The notes under the pieces are model-generated. The model was not told the origin of the DNA. It made no database searches and saw only the letters and a list, made by a program, of their open reading frames with translations. 64,000 nucleotides of DNA, from positions 84,211 through 148,210 of the forward strand of contig JASEEZ010000001.1 of NCBI GenBank assembly GCA_030019215.1, written 5' to 3'. A program made the translations under genes and the position numbers. This DNA comes from Actinomycetota bacterium. Its GTDB lineage: Bacteria; Actinomycetota; Aquicultoria; Subteraquimicrobiales; UBA9087. Positions 28,118 through 37,616 of this stretch are shown piece by piece. Within the stretch, counting starts at the first letter, position 1, and each line of letters begins with the position of its first letter.

Positions 28118-28651
28118 TCAAGAAACCCGTTTCAAAAAGGGCTCGATGTACTGTCTTTGAATAGGGTCGGCGGATTGTCCGAGCAAGACGAGGACGATAT
28201 AGCGGGGCTCGAAGGGGGTAGCTCGGGGATACATCTTAGCCTCGTAGGGAAGTCTATCTCCCTTCTTGTAATTGCAAAGGGAACAGGCGGTGGTAACATT
28301 GTCCCAACTATCCATGCCACCTTTGGAAATCGGCTTGACGTGTTCCCGGCTTAAATGCTCTCCCTTCCTGAACTCGCTCTTGTGACGACCACAATACTGG
28401 CAGGTATAGTGATCGCGGGCAAAGAGTATGGAGTTGGTCACCACCCCACGCAATCTGCGGGGGATCTCTATGTACTTGACGAGCCTTATAACTAGCGGAT
28501 AGGGAAACTCGCATTTCTCCGAGCGAATGCGCCTCTCCACATGCTCCTCGATAACTTCAGCCTTCTCCTTTAAAACTAGAACGACGGCGCGCCTAACGGA
28601 GACAAAAGCTAGAGGCTCCGCGCTAGCATTAAGGATCAATGTCTTTCCCAT
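28118..28651 (-). CDS. HNH endonuclease (McrA-like)
   Basis: LILNAS.EPL, RD.YTCQYCG, EHVKP.SKGG..SWDNVTTAC..CN. Confidence 0.92.
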   Translation of the reverse strand: MGKTLILNASAEPLAFVSVRRAVVLVLKEKAEVIEEHVERRIRSEKCEFPYPLVIRLVKYIEIPRRLRGVVTNSILFARDHYTCQYCGRHKSEFRKGEHLSREHVKPISKGGMDSWDNVTTACSLCNYKKGDRLPYEAKMYPRATPFEPRYIVLVLLGQSADPIQRQYIEPFLKRVS

Positions 28652-28740
28652 TTCTTCCTCGCTAGACTAGCTTGCTTACTTCTCCTATAATATGCCTAAA
28701 GAAAGTTGTCAAGTCCAATTTATGACTGCAAGGGGGGAAG

Positions 28741-29403
28741 ATGGTCGCCTCAGCAAAGAAAAAGAGGGACAAGCAAGATTATGAAGTGCTTGAGCTCTTC
28801 GGCATCAGACTAAAGGTCAAAAATCCTCAGCTCGCCGATCTTTTAACTATGGAGGCCAAAGAAGCACTCACATCCGACATCTCTGTTCTATCACAGAAGC
28901 TTCACGCGCCCGGTGAGGCCGTGGAGGAAATCATCGAAGAGGAGATACCGCTCATCTCGGAAATAGAATCTTACGACGACTACAGGCAAGCGATAAACAC
29001 CGTAGGAGAGAAACTGGGATTCGATGTTGGGCTGGGAGGACTGTGGAAATCGCCCACGAACGTTTATATCTTGATCAGAGCCATAAAAGAGGATCTTGAA
29101 TTCGAGGAAGCAAAAAAATACGTCCGCGAGCTGGAAGGACAACAAAAAAAGCTAACCAACGAAAATGTTGGCCTCTTCGTCGTGGGTAGCAATTTGGGCT
29201 GCGATATGTTTAAGGCAGCTATCCGGGGTCTAAACCTCTACAATAAAATGAGGGTCATCTCCTACGAGAACCTCAATCAGATCCTACGGTTTAAGGAGAG
29301 TGGCTACCTGGGGCACAAGGAAGTGGCAACCCTAATGGTCCCTCTGGACAATGTGGATGTCGGAGAACTGATAAACGTGATAAAAGCCGTGGTCTCCTCT
29401 TAA
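28741..29403 (+). CDS. Hypothetical protein
   Basis: 220-aa ORF with G-rich RBS, divergent from the HNH gene. Confidence 0.75.
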   Translation: MVASAKKKRDKQDYEVLELFGIRLKVKNPQLADLLTMEAKEALTSDISVLSQKLHAPGEAVEEIIEEEIPLISEIESYDDYRQAINTVGEKLGFDVGLGGLWKSPTNVYILIRAIKEDLEFEEAKKYVRELEGQQKKLTNENVGLFVVGSNLGCDMFKAAIRGLNLYNKMRVISYENLNQILRFKESGYLGHKEVATLMVPLDNVDVGELINVIKAVVSS

Positions 29404-29409
29404 TTTCCT

Positions 29410-29937
29410 TCAATAACTGGCGAGTGTCTGTGCGATCATCTCGCCAAACCGTTCGGCGGCTTCCGGACCATTAGCGGTGATAATATTCTCATCCTTCTCG
29501 ACACTATTACCAGTATAGTAAGCGCCACACGAGCCCACTTTCCCCGCCTCCGAGGGCCAGACGGTTACCCTTTTGCCAGCCAAAGCCCCCGCATTGGCCA
29601 GCGTTACCGGAGCAACACAGATCGCCCCCAAAATCTTGTTCTTCTCCATCGCCTGTTGAACAATTGAATGAGCGGTGGGATCGCCCCAAAACTCGGAAGC
29701 TCCCGATCCTCCAATGAAGATGACCGCATCAAAATCGTCCGGGGTCACTTCCTGCAGAAGGACATCTGGTTTTACCTTGAGACCAAACATTCCCGTGGCG
29801 GTTGAAGTCACCGACGAAGCCACGGTTACAGAAGCTCCCTTCCCCGTCAAAATGCTTCGAGGTTTCTGGTACTCCTCATCCCGAAAATTCCTGCTGGCTA
29901 TCACGATCAATACCCGCTTGTCAGATAAATCCACCAT
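29410..29937 (-). CDS. DJ-1/PfpI family protein
   Basis: FRDEE, FDAVIFIGG.G, GAICVAP..LA.AG, IITANGP. Confidence 0.92.
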   Translation of the reverse strand: MVDLSDKRVLIVIASRNFRDEEYQKPRSILTGKGASVTVASSVTSTATGMFGLKVKPDVLLQEVTPDDFDAVIFIGGSGASEFWGDPTAHSIVQQAMEKNKILGAICVAPVTLANAGALAGKRVTVWPSEAGKVGSCGAYYTGNSVEKDENIITANGPEAAERFGEMIAQTLASY

Positions 29938-30187
29938 TGTAACTCACCCCTTCTTATCTTAACTCCATCCCTTCCATGATTCAACTTTAAAAAAATCGCT
30001 ATTTGTAAATTATTTCCTTGATTTCACTGAGAAAGAGGGGTTAAATTAAAGTTGTCCCGAGAAGGAAGGAGAAACTTCGAAAGAAGGCACTTCAACCTAC
30101 TCGGGACATTTCTTTCTTTGGTTCTTCTCCATTTTTAGCGGGTAAACTTTTAATCTTGTTCTTTTCTCAAAAGAGCTACGCATTAAA

Positions 30188-30429
30188 GGGTTCGAGGGGT
30201 CGAGGATTCAAGGATTCGAGTGTTGTATTTTTTAACCCTTCGAATCCCTCAGGGTTACCTTGAGTTTATCGAAAGGTAAGATTTTCACTTGACCCCTTGA
30301 TCCCTGGAATCCCGTATAGGGACGTTGTCCCCACGGGACTTTACGTCCCTGAATCCTAAAGTTCTCTTCGCGCCTTACTACACCGATGGTAGGGTGATTT
30401 CTACCCACTATTTTTGGAGAAGAGCTTTA
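30188..30429. repeat. Octamer-repeat palindromic element plus MITE (copy 2) with two nested insertions
   Basis: Collinear with 8781-8916 apart from extra 41 bp (30236-30276, TAA duplicated) and 36 bp (30313-30348, TCC duplicated). Confidence 0.85.
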
Positions 30430-30446
30430 TTTTTATAGCTTTGGGT

Positions 30447-30474
30447 TCAACCAAATAGCTCAAAATGCCGATAA
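30447..30474 (+). promoter_or_regulatory. sigma28-family promoter
   Basis: TCAA-N16-GCCGATAA. Confidence 0.6.
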
Positions 30475-30643
30475 GATTAATGGAAGGAAATCCGAGAGTT
30501 TTGGCGAAGTAAAAAGTGACCCGAGAATTTGAGCCGACTCCGCCGAGAAGATCTCGGAAAAGTTACCGCAGGCCATTAATCTCGGGTCTTTTTTTGCCGG
30601 CAGTAAATAGCCGCCAGCTATCTGCCATCAGCCATCAGCTAAA

Positions 30644-30720
30644 TGGTGGCGCATGCGGGAGTCGAACCCGCGATCTCCGCCTTGAGAGGGCGGTGTCCTA
30701 GGCCACTAGACGAATGCGCC
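30644..30720 (-). tRNA. tRNA-Glu(CTC)
   Basis: GGCGCAT acceptor stem, CCGCC-CT-CTC-AA-GGCGG, GGTTCGACTCC, CCA. Confidence 0.96.
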
Positions 30721-30752
30721 ACAAAATTTTTGGAACAAAAATTTTGAGTTCT

Positions 30753-31406
30753 CTACTTTTTATTTTCGCCTGAAAGTATCCTTCTTATGGATTCTGCCTT
30801 CTTTCTGCCAACTCCTTCAACGCATTGTAAATCGTCCTCGGAGGCATAGACTACCTTCTCAATGCCGCCAAAATGCGATAGTAAAACTCTAGCGAGTTGA
30901 GGTCCTATTCCGGGAAAGGCCTCTAGAATGTGTACCTGCTGTTCAAGCGTATTCTTTGCCTTTTTCTTGGCGTGTAAGGAAACGTAATGCTTTAGACCCG
31001 ATTGCTCTTGTTTTGCAATTACACGCAGAAAACCTGCAGTATCTGTTGAATCTTTGGTAAAAAGTACGGGAATTCCGCGGACAACTGCAATGAGAGCAAG
31101 TGCGCCTCTAATAGCATCAGGGTGTATCTTTCTTCTACCGTATAGCAAATATCCTTCAATAATAAATAAAGGTTTTTCGTAGCTCTCTTTGAGATCGACA
31201 ATCTGTTTAAATAATCGCTTTTTTATTATAGAGCTCAAAAAATCATCTGCAGTCTTTCTCTCTACAGCGACTCTATCACTCAATATATAATCCCCAACCT
31301 CAAGTTCTTGAACAACCAGGGAAACTCTGCCATTTCTTAAGAGATCAGGGATTCCTGACCGCTCTTCTCCATAATCTGCGTAGATAACAAGCTCTGACTG
31401 GTCCAA
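30753..31406 (-). CDS. XPF/ERCC4 nuclease with C-terminal HhH2 (short archaeal-type)
   Basis: VGDYIL..VAVERKT.DDF, FIIEG, PGIGP and EGVGRKKA HhH; AT-richer than neighbours. Confidence 0.9.
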   Translation of the reverse strand: MDQSELVIYADYGEERSGIPDLLRNGRVSLVVQELEVGDYILSDRVAVERKTADDFLSSIIKKRLFKQIVDLKESYEKPLFIIEGYLLYGRRKIHPDAIRGALALIAVVRGIPVLFTKDSTDTAGFLRVIAKQEQSGLKHYVSLHAKKKAKNTLEQQVHILEAFPGIGPQLARVLLSHFGGIEKVVYASEDDLQCVEGVGRKKAESIRRILSGENKK

Positions 31407-31461
31407 ATAATTCCCTCACAAACTCTAATAAAGTCAAAATTTTTCCTTCGGAAAAATTTTG

Positions 31462-31535
31462 TGGCTGGGGAGGAAGGATTCGAACCCTCGCGCCAGGATC
31501 CAGAGTCCTGTGTCCTACCACTAGACGACTCCCCA
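31462..31535 (-). tRNA. tRNA-Gln(CTG)
   Basis: TGGGGAG acceptor stem, CAGGA-CT-CTG-GA-TCCTG, GGTTCGAATCC, CCA. Confidence 0.96.
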
Positions 31536-31611
31536 CTTAAACCTTGGTCAATCCCCGTCCTCAAAGATGATAACACACAAAAAATCCTGTGGACAAGGAT
31601 AACGTCTGACT

Positions 31612-33084
31612 CTAACCGATCTTGTCCGAAATCAAATTTCGGGCCTTCTTCAGCCTCTGCAGGGTCTGCTCTCTTCCCAGCAATTCAATGGATTCAAACA
31701 GGGGTGGACTAACCGTCTTGCCGGTCACAGCGACTCGAACTGGCTGAAGAGCTTTGGCCGGTTTGAGGGAAAGTTCCTCGCACATCCCCCGCAAGGCCCT
31801 CTCTATCCCGTCCTTCCGAAACCCGGGCAAGCTTGCCAATTTCTCCTCGGCCAGAGCCAAAACCCTTAGCGCCTCGTCGCTCTTCAGAACCCTTTCAACC
31901 GCCTGTGGGTCCAGTTTCACTTCCCCAAAGAGAAAATCAGTAAGAGTCACTACGTCCCCCAAGACCTTCATTCTATCTCGGATTGACACAACCACTCTCT
32001 CCAACCATGACAGCTCCTCCGCATCGGGAAAATCCTTGATCAAACCCGCCTCTCGCAGGAAGGGAACTATCCTTAGCGTCAACTCCTTGAGAGGAATCTG
32101 GCGGATGTAGTGGCCATTCATCCATTCTAACTTCGCCGGGTCCCAGATGGCCGGGCTCCGCGAAACATTGCCAAGGGAAAACTTTTCTATCAGTTCCTCG
32201 CCCGTGAACAGGGTCGTCTTCTCATCGTAGGACCACCCCAAGAGAGCGAGATAATTGAGGATTGCCTCGGGCAGGTAGCCATTCCTGCGATACTCCTCGA
32301 CAGAGGTGGCACCGTGACGCTTACTCAAAGGCTTTCTATCCGGCCCCAGAATCATCGGGAGATGGGCAAAGTCCGGGATGGGAAAACCGAGAGCCTGATA
32401 GAGAAGGATCTGTTTCGGGGTGTTTGGCAGATGATCCTCTCCTCTGATAACGTGTGATATCCTCATCGCATTGTCGTCAACGACCACGGCAAAGTTATAG
32501 GTGGGAAAGCCATCGGCGCGGAGTAGGATGAAATCATCAATCAATCTATTCTCGAACCTCGTCTCGCCCTTAATGAGGTCGTTTGCAACCGTTGTCCCCT
32601 CTCGAGGGCAGGCAAATCGAATTGCCGGTCTGCGCCCCTCCTTCTCAAACTCGTCTCTTTCCCGCGCGGTCAGTTCACGACAACGACCGTCGTATCCGGG
32701 GGTGCGACCCTCCTTCAAAGCAACCCGCCGTCTCGATTTCAACTCATCAGGAGTACAGTAACAACAATAGGTCTTCTTTTGAGCGAGCAAGCGCTGAGCG
32801 GTCTCTTCGTAAAGAGAAAGTCGCTCCGTCTGGCGATAGGGCCCAAAATCCCCTCCCGTCTCAGGGCCCTCGTCCCACTCCAAGCCCAACCAGTGCATGG
32901 AAGAGACGATAGCCTGAATTGCCTCCTCCGTTGAACGGCTGCGATCAGTGTCCTCTATCCTGAGGATGAACGCTCCTCCCTTTTGCCTGGCAAAAAGCCA
33001 GTTGTAAAGTGCAGTCCTGGCTCCTCCAATATGCAGAAAACCAGTGGGACTGGGAGCAAAACGCACCCGCACTCTTTCAGCCAT
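31612..33084 (-). CDS. gltX: Glutamate--tRNA ligase
   Basis: RFAPSPTG.LHIGG, LRIEDTD, HVIRGEDH, LSKRHG. Confidence 0.98.
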   Translation of the reverse strand: MAERVRVRFAPSPTGFLHIGGARTALYNWLFARQKGGAFILRIEDTDRSRSTEEAIQAIVSSMHWLGLEWDEGPETGGDFGPYRQTERLSLYEETAQRLLAQKKTYCCYCTPDELKSRRRVALKEGRTPGYDGRCRELTARERDEFEKEGRRPAIRFACPREGTTVANDLIKGETRFENRLIDDFILLRADGFPTYNFAVVVDDNAMRISHVIRGEDHLPNTPKQILLYQALGFPIPDFAHLPMILGPDRKPLSKRHGATSVEEYRRNGYLPEAILNYLALLGWSYDEKTTLFTGEELIEKFSLGNVSRSPAIWDPAKLEWMNGHYIRQIPLKELTLRIVPFLREAGLIKDFPDAEELSWLERVVVSIRDRMKVLGDVVTLTDFLFGEVKLDPQAVERVLKSDEALRVLALAEEKLASLPGFRKDGIERALRGMCEELSLKPAKALQPVRVAVTGKTVSPPLFESIELLGREQTLQRLKKARNLISDKIG

Positions 33085-33152
33085 AAAACTCCCCCAAAAT
33101 AAAAATGCCCAACCGGGACTTGATGAACCATTGGGTTAGTAGGAGGAAACCT

Positions 33153-33494
33153 TTAAATATCCAGTTCCCTACCGTAGTCGTCGGCCAACCGGCTGATATC
33201 ATCCTCAATGGAATAACCATAGGCAATTTCCAAAACCCTGCCCTTCTTACCGGTTGAGATTATGCGATGAACCTGACCAGCGGGGATGAGAAATTCCTCG
33301 CCCCGCTTGGCATCGTGAATTTCATCCCCTATTTGGACCCTCACTCCATTATCGAGAACAACCCAGGTGTCGGTCCTCAGATTGTGCCAGTGCAAGCTGG
33401 TCTCCTGATTGGGCTCGATGGTAATAAGCTTCACCGTACACACCTTGTTGAGGGCATATACCTTGTAATGCCCCCAAGGTTTGTCCATCCTCAT
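33153..33494 (-). CDS. Cupin (type II mannose-6-phosphate isomerase C-terminal domain-like)
   Basis: KPWG.Y, TSLHWH..R...W, HRI, LEI.YG...EDDI.RL.DDYGR. Confidence 0.85.
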   Translation of the reverse strand: MRMDKPWGHYKVYALNKVCTVKLITIEPNQETSLHWHNLRTDTWVVLDNGVRVQIGDEIHDAKRGEEFLIPAGQVHRIISTGKKGRVLEIAYGYSIEDDISRLADDYGRELDI

Positions 33495-33597
33495 TCACTC
33501 AACACCCGAGTCTACCTCACAAATAGGGTCTCTAAACCATTTATATAACGCCATGGTTCTTTTGTAAAGTCTCAGGGAATAATTCGGACAGCCCTCT

Positions 33598-34062
33598 TTA
33601 ACTCATGGTCTTCAAGAGATTCACCATCTCCATAGAGGACATGGCCGCCTGCCATCCCTTATTGCCAGATTTGGTGCCTGCCCGCTCCACCGCTTGTTCG
33701 ATGGTGTCGGCGGTGATGATGCCAAAGGCAGTGGGCACGCCGGTATCCAGATTTATCTTGGCGACTCCCTTGGCAGCCTCGCTACAGATGTACTCAAAGT
33801 GGGGTGTTCCTCCCCTCAATATCACCCCGAGGCAGATGAGGCCATCATATTTCTTGGACTCGGCCATCTTCTTCGCCACCAGGGGCATTTCAAAGGAACC
33901 TGGAACCCAGGCGACATTGATGTTCTCCTCGGAAGCTTCGTGACGCCTGAGGGCATCCAGCGCTCCCTCCAAAAGTCTGGTGCTCAAGAACTCGTTGAAT
34001 CGACTGACGACGATTCCAAACTTGAATCCCTTGGCGGTTAACTTTCCCTCATAAATCTTCAT
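33598..34062 (-). CDS. ribH: 6,7-dimethyl-8-ribityllumazine synthase
   Basis: [31 protein letters not shown]. Confidence 0.97.
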   Translation of the reverse strand: MKIYEGKLTAKGFKFGIVVSRFNEFLSTRLLEGALDALRRHEASEENINVAWVPGSFEMPLVAKKMAESKKYDGLICLGVILRGGTPHFEYICSEAAKGVAKINLDTGVPTAFGIITADTIEQAVERAGTKSGNKGWQAAMSSMEMVNLLKTMS

Positions 34063-34080
34063 TCCATCTCCTTTCGGCGA

Positions 34081-35301
34081 TTATGACTCCTCCCATTCCA
34101 GCAAATGGGCAAGTTTTTCCCTTTTCGCCCGCAAGTAATCGATATTTTGAGAAGTCGGCTTGACCTCCAATGGAACTCTCTCTACAACCTTCAAGCCATA
34201 GCCCTCCAATCCAACAATTTTTGCCGGATTATTGGTCATCAGACGCATCGATGACAGACCCAAGTCAACCAAAATCTGGGCTCCAATGCCGTAATCTCTG
34301 AGGTCGGCTGGGAAACCCAGTTCCTCATTGGCCTCTACCGTATCCCTCCCTTCCTCCTGTAATTCGTAGGCTCTAAGCTTATTCAGAAAACCGATACCCC
34401 TTCCTTCCTGACCCAAGATGTAGAGGAAAACCCCCTTTCCCTCCTCGGCAATTCTTTTCAAGGCCTCCTCAAGTTGCGTTCCACAGTCACACCGGAGGGA
34501 GTGAAAGACGTCCCCCGTCAAACATTCGGAGTGGACTCTGACCAGAACATTCCTCTTTCCCTTGACTTCCCCCTTGATTAGAACGAGGTGATGCCTGCCA
34601 TCCAAGATGCTTTCATATCCAACGGCCTTGAACTCTCCATAGGGAGTGGGGAGATCGACCTCGGCGACTCGTCTGACCAGCTTTTCAGTGCGCCGACGAT
34701 AGCGAATCAGATCGGCCACGGTCATCATCTTGAGACCAAATCTCTTGGCCACCTTCTTCAGTTCAGGAACACGAGCCATCGTTCCATCTTCGTTCATGAT
34801 TTCGCAGATAACACCCGCCTGGAAGAGACCGGCCTGCTTGGCCAGATCGATGGCGGCCTCCGTATGTCCGGCCCGTTCCAAAACTCCCCCTTTCTTCGCC
34901 CTCAGGGGAAAAACGTGTCCGGGCATGGAAATGTCCTCGGGTTTGGTCTGGGAATCCACCACCGCTAAAATGGTGGCCGCTCGATCGTGAGCAGAAATCC
35001 CCGTGGTTATCTTGTGCTTGGCTCCAATGGAAACCGCGAAGGCCGTCTCATGCTCGGAGGTATTGGTGGAAACCATGACCGGTATTCTGAGCTCATCCAA
35101 CCTCTCGGGGGAGCAGGGCATGCAAATGAGCCCCCTTCCATACTTGGACATGAAATTGATTGCTTCAGGGGTTACTTTCTCCGCAGCCATCACGAAGTCG
35201 CCCTCGTTTTCTCTGTCCTCATTGTCGACGACGATGACCATCCTCCCACATCTTATCTCTTCTATTGCTTCCTCGATGGAGCTAAAAGGCACTACAACCA
35301 C
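34081..35301 (-). CDS. ribBA: Bifunctional DHBP synthase / GTP cyclohydrolase II
   Basis: [37 protein letters not shown]. Confidence 0.97.
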   Translation of the reverse strand: MVVVPFSSIEEAIEEIRCGRMVIVVDNEDRENEGDFVMAAEKVTPEAINFMSKYGRGLICMPCSPERLDELRIPVMVSTNTSEHETAFAVSIGAKHKITTGISAHDRAATILAVVDSQTKPEDISMPGHVFPLRAKKGGVLERAGHTEAAIDLAKQAGLFQAGVICEIMNEDGTMARVPELKKVAKRFGLKMMTVADLIRYRRRTEKLVRRVAEVDLPTPYGEFKAVGYESILDGRHHLVLIKGEVKGKRNVLVRVHSECLTGDVFHSLRCDCGTQLEEALKRIAEEGKGVFLYILGQEGRGIGFLNKLRAYELQEEGRDTVEANEELGFPADLRDYGIGAQILVDLGLSSMRLMTNNPAKIVGLEGYGLKVVERVPLEVKPTSQNIDYLRAKREKLAHLLEWEES

Positions 35302-35304
35302 CTC

Positions 35305-35949
35305 TTAAATGAAGCCGTGTTCTCGGAGTTTGCTTAAAGTCAAATTTGAGCTTACACCGCTCGCAGTCAAAATTTTTTCGACGTACTTGCCTATGATATC
35401 CACCTCTATATTGACCCTCGCTCCTTTATCCTTAAACCCCAGGGTTGTTACCTTCGCCGTATGGGGGATTATAAAGACCGTAAAAGCCAAGCTCAGAACA
35501 TCAACAATGGTCAAACTTATTCCATCCACAGCCACGGACCCTTGGGGAACTAGATAGCGAGCAATGTTGGGGGACATCTCTATCCTTAAAAGAATTGCGT
35601 TCCCCTTCCTGGCCCTACTCGAAATCCTCCCTACACCATCTGTATGTGCGGTGACCAGGTGTCCTCCAAGCCGATCAGAAAATCTCAACGCCCTTTCAAG
35701 ATTAACCATGTCCCCGGCCTTCAGTTCGCCCAAGTTTGTCCTATCCAAAGTCTCGGGCATAACATCCGCCTTGAAACAGCTACCCCGCCTGTCAACAACG
35801 GTTAAACAAACTCCATTGACGGCTATGGAGTCACCAACCTCTAGCGCTTCGGTCACCTTTGGGGCCAAAACCTGGAGCTCGCAAGCCCCCCCACTCCTTT
35901 TCAGGGCTTGAACTCCCCCAAGCTCTTCAATGATGCCCGTGAACATCAA
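35305..35949 (-). CDS. ribE: Riboflavin synthase
   Basis: MFTGII, GDSIAVNGVCLT, VNLERAL, GSVAVDGISLT. Confidence 0.96.
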   Translation of the reverse strand: MMFTGIIEELGGVQALKRSGGACELQVLAPKVTEALEVGDSIAVNGVCLTVVDRRGSCFKADVMPETLDRTNLGELKAGDMVNLERALRFSDRLGGHLVTAHTDGVGRISSRARKGNAILLRIEMSPNIARYLVPQGSVAVDGISLTIVDVLSLAFTVFIIPHTAKVTTLGFKDKGARVNIEVDIIGKYVEKILTASGVSSNLTLSKLREHGFI

Positions 35950-35956
35950 ACCCTCC

Positions 35957-37081
35957 TCAACGATTTCCTATTGTCTCTGATCTTTTCGTCGGGTAGGCTT
36001 CGATCATCAAATCAGCGCCCACCCTTTCCACGCTGGCTATTTCAAAATCAGGATTTGAGGTGCAGTGATTCCATTCCATAAAATCCAGCGCTCCTTCTCC
36101 GATCAAAACCTTTGGAGCTATAAAAAATAGGAACTTGTCAACCAAACCCGCCTCGAGCATGGATGTGTTCAAGCACGCTCCACCCTCAAGAATCACGCTG
36201 CTTATCCTTCTCCTGCCCAGCTCGTCCATGAGCTCGAACAGATCAACCCCCGACACGTCGGGGGAACCTAAAATGAGCACCTCTACACCCGCCGCTCGCA
36301 GAACCTCTGCGGTGTTTTCGGGAACTTCCCTGGTCGTTGCCAGGATCGTGGGCACCTGTCGCGCTGTCTTCACCACATTCGCTCCCAGGGGTATAGAAGC
36401 CCCGGTGCTCACAATGAGCCGAATGGGATTCTTCCCCTCCACCATCCTCACGGTAAGCTCCGGGTCATCCGCCAGAACAGTCCCGGATCCGACCATTACA
36501 GCATCAAACTGGCTCCTCAAACTATGAACCCTCGCTTGTGCCTCCTGGCCAGTTATAATCGTTCTTCGCCCCCTCTTCTCGGCTATCTTCCCATTCAAAC
36601 TCATGGCGACCTTCATGAGCACAAATGGCCTTCCGGTGAGAACATACTTAATATAGACCTCATTTTGCTTCCTCACCTCACCCTCCAAAACCCCGCTCGC
36701 AACCTCTACTCCCGCTTTCTCAAGCTCCTCGATTCCCCTTCCGGAAACTTTCGGGTTGGGATCGACCATTCCAATGATCGCCTCGGAGATGCCAGCCTCT
36801 ATCAAGGCTTTTGTGCAGGGAGGTGTTCTTCCTTGAATGCAGCAGGGTTCAAGAGTTACATAAAGGTTAGCACCCCGCACATCTCCCGCATCCATCAAAG
36901 CATTGATCTCGGCATGGGGACCTCCTACCTTTTCGTGATAGCCCTCGCCGATGATTTCCCCATCCCTGACCAGCACAGCGCCGACAAGAGGATTGGGGTT
37001 GGTCTTTCCCCGACCACCCTCAGCCAATTCAATTGCCCTGCGCATAAATTTCTCGCAAATCATGACCCCAACCTCGCCCAA
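35957..37081 (-). CDS. ribD: Riboflavin biosynthesis deaminase/reductase
   Basis: PNPLVGA, HAE, TLEPCC..GRTPPC, GTVLADDP.L, LEGG. Confidence 0.96.
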   Translation of the reverse strand: MGEVGVMICEKFMRRAIELAEGGRGKTNPNPLVGAVLVRDGEIIGEGYHEKVGGPHAEINALMDAGDVRGANLYVTLEPCCIQGRTPPCTKALIEAGISEAIIGMVDPNPKVSGRGIEELEKAGVEVASGVLEGEVRKQNEVYIKYVLTGRPFVLMKVAMSLNGKIAEKRGRRTIITGQEAQARVHSLRSQFDAVMVGSGTVLADDPELTVRMVEGKNPIRLIVSTGASIPLGANVVKTARQVPTILATTREVPENTAEVLRAAGVEVLILGSPDVSGVDLFELMDELGRRRISSVILEGGACLNTSMLEAGLVDKFLFFIAPKVLIGEGALDFMEWNHCTSNPDFEIASVERVGADLMIEAYPTKRSETIGNR

Positions 37082-37099
37082 TAGTTCAACGCCCCAAGT

Positions 37100-37336
37100 G
37101 GACTGTTAGCAAGTTTGGTTTACACCCCACCGTTGGCGAAGTGAGGACCAAGTGTCGAGAAGACCGTGTCAGAGCCCCGCCAATAAAACCCTTGAACCAT
37201 CAAAGGATTCAGCGCGGGGCGAGACCCGAGCGGCGGCTAAGGGATAAGTCTTGATTAAACTATAAATGAGGCCGACCGCGTGTCTTCGAGACATTTGAGT
37301 CCAAACTATGTGTCAACTTATTTTTGTTAATAATCC
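37100..37336. mobile_element. MITE family 2, copy B (between the FMN riboswitch terminator and ribD)
   Basis: See 21473-21743; TIR GGACTGTTAGCAA / TTGTTAATAATCC. Confidence 0.8.
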
Positions 37337-37354
37337 ACCAAAAAAAACAAAGGA

Positions 37355-37384
37355 AAAAGCTAAGGGAGGAAGTCCTTAGCTTTT
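37355..37384 (-). terminator. FMN riboswitch terminator
   Basis: AAAAGCTAAGGAC..CCCTTAGCTTTTT on the minus strand. Confidence 0.7.
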
Positions 37385-37393
37385 CGCCGGTTA

Positions 37394-37548
37394 ACTTTCT
37401 CCCATCCAGACTATACTGTCGGCTCTGGAACTTTCCCAGATCAACCCCCGACACGTCGGGGGCTCGCGGACTTTTCCTCGACTAATTCGGGATTCACCGC
37501 CGGTCAGGAATTCCCCCGATATATCGGGGGTCACCTTGCCCCGAAAGT
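37394..37548 (-). ncRNA. FMN riboswitch with an 18-bp palindrome inserted in the P2 loop
   Basis: TTCGGGGCAAGGTGA[..]AATTCCTGACCGGCGGT..AGTCCGCGAG..GATCTGG..TTCCAGAGCCGACAGTATAGTCTGGATGGGAGAA. Confidence 0.93.
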
Positions 37549-37616
37549 TTCTCTATGCTTTTATGTTGTTTTATTTTAGCAAAATCCCCCAGGCTAAGCA
37601 ACCATACCAAAAGCAG

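Noticed and set aside
28118-28651. HNH gene as a homing endonuclease or IscB
   Set aside because: Ordinary standalone McrA-like HNH; no RuvC motifs, intron or IS ends seen
30516-30701. 61-aa plus-strand ORF
   Set aside because: Crosses a terminator and runs antisense into tRNA-Glu
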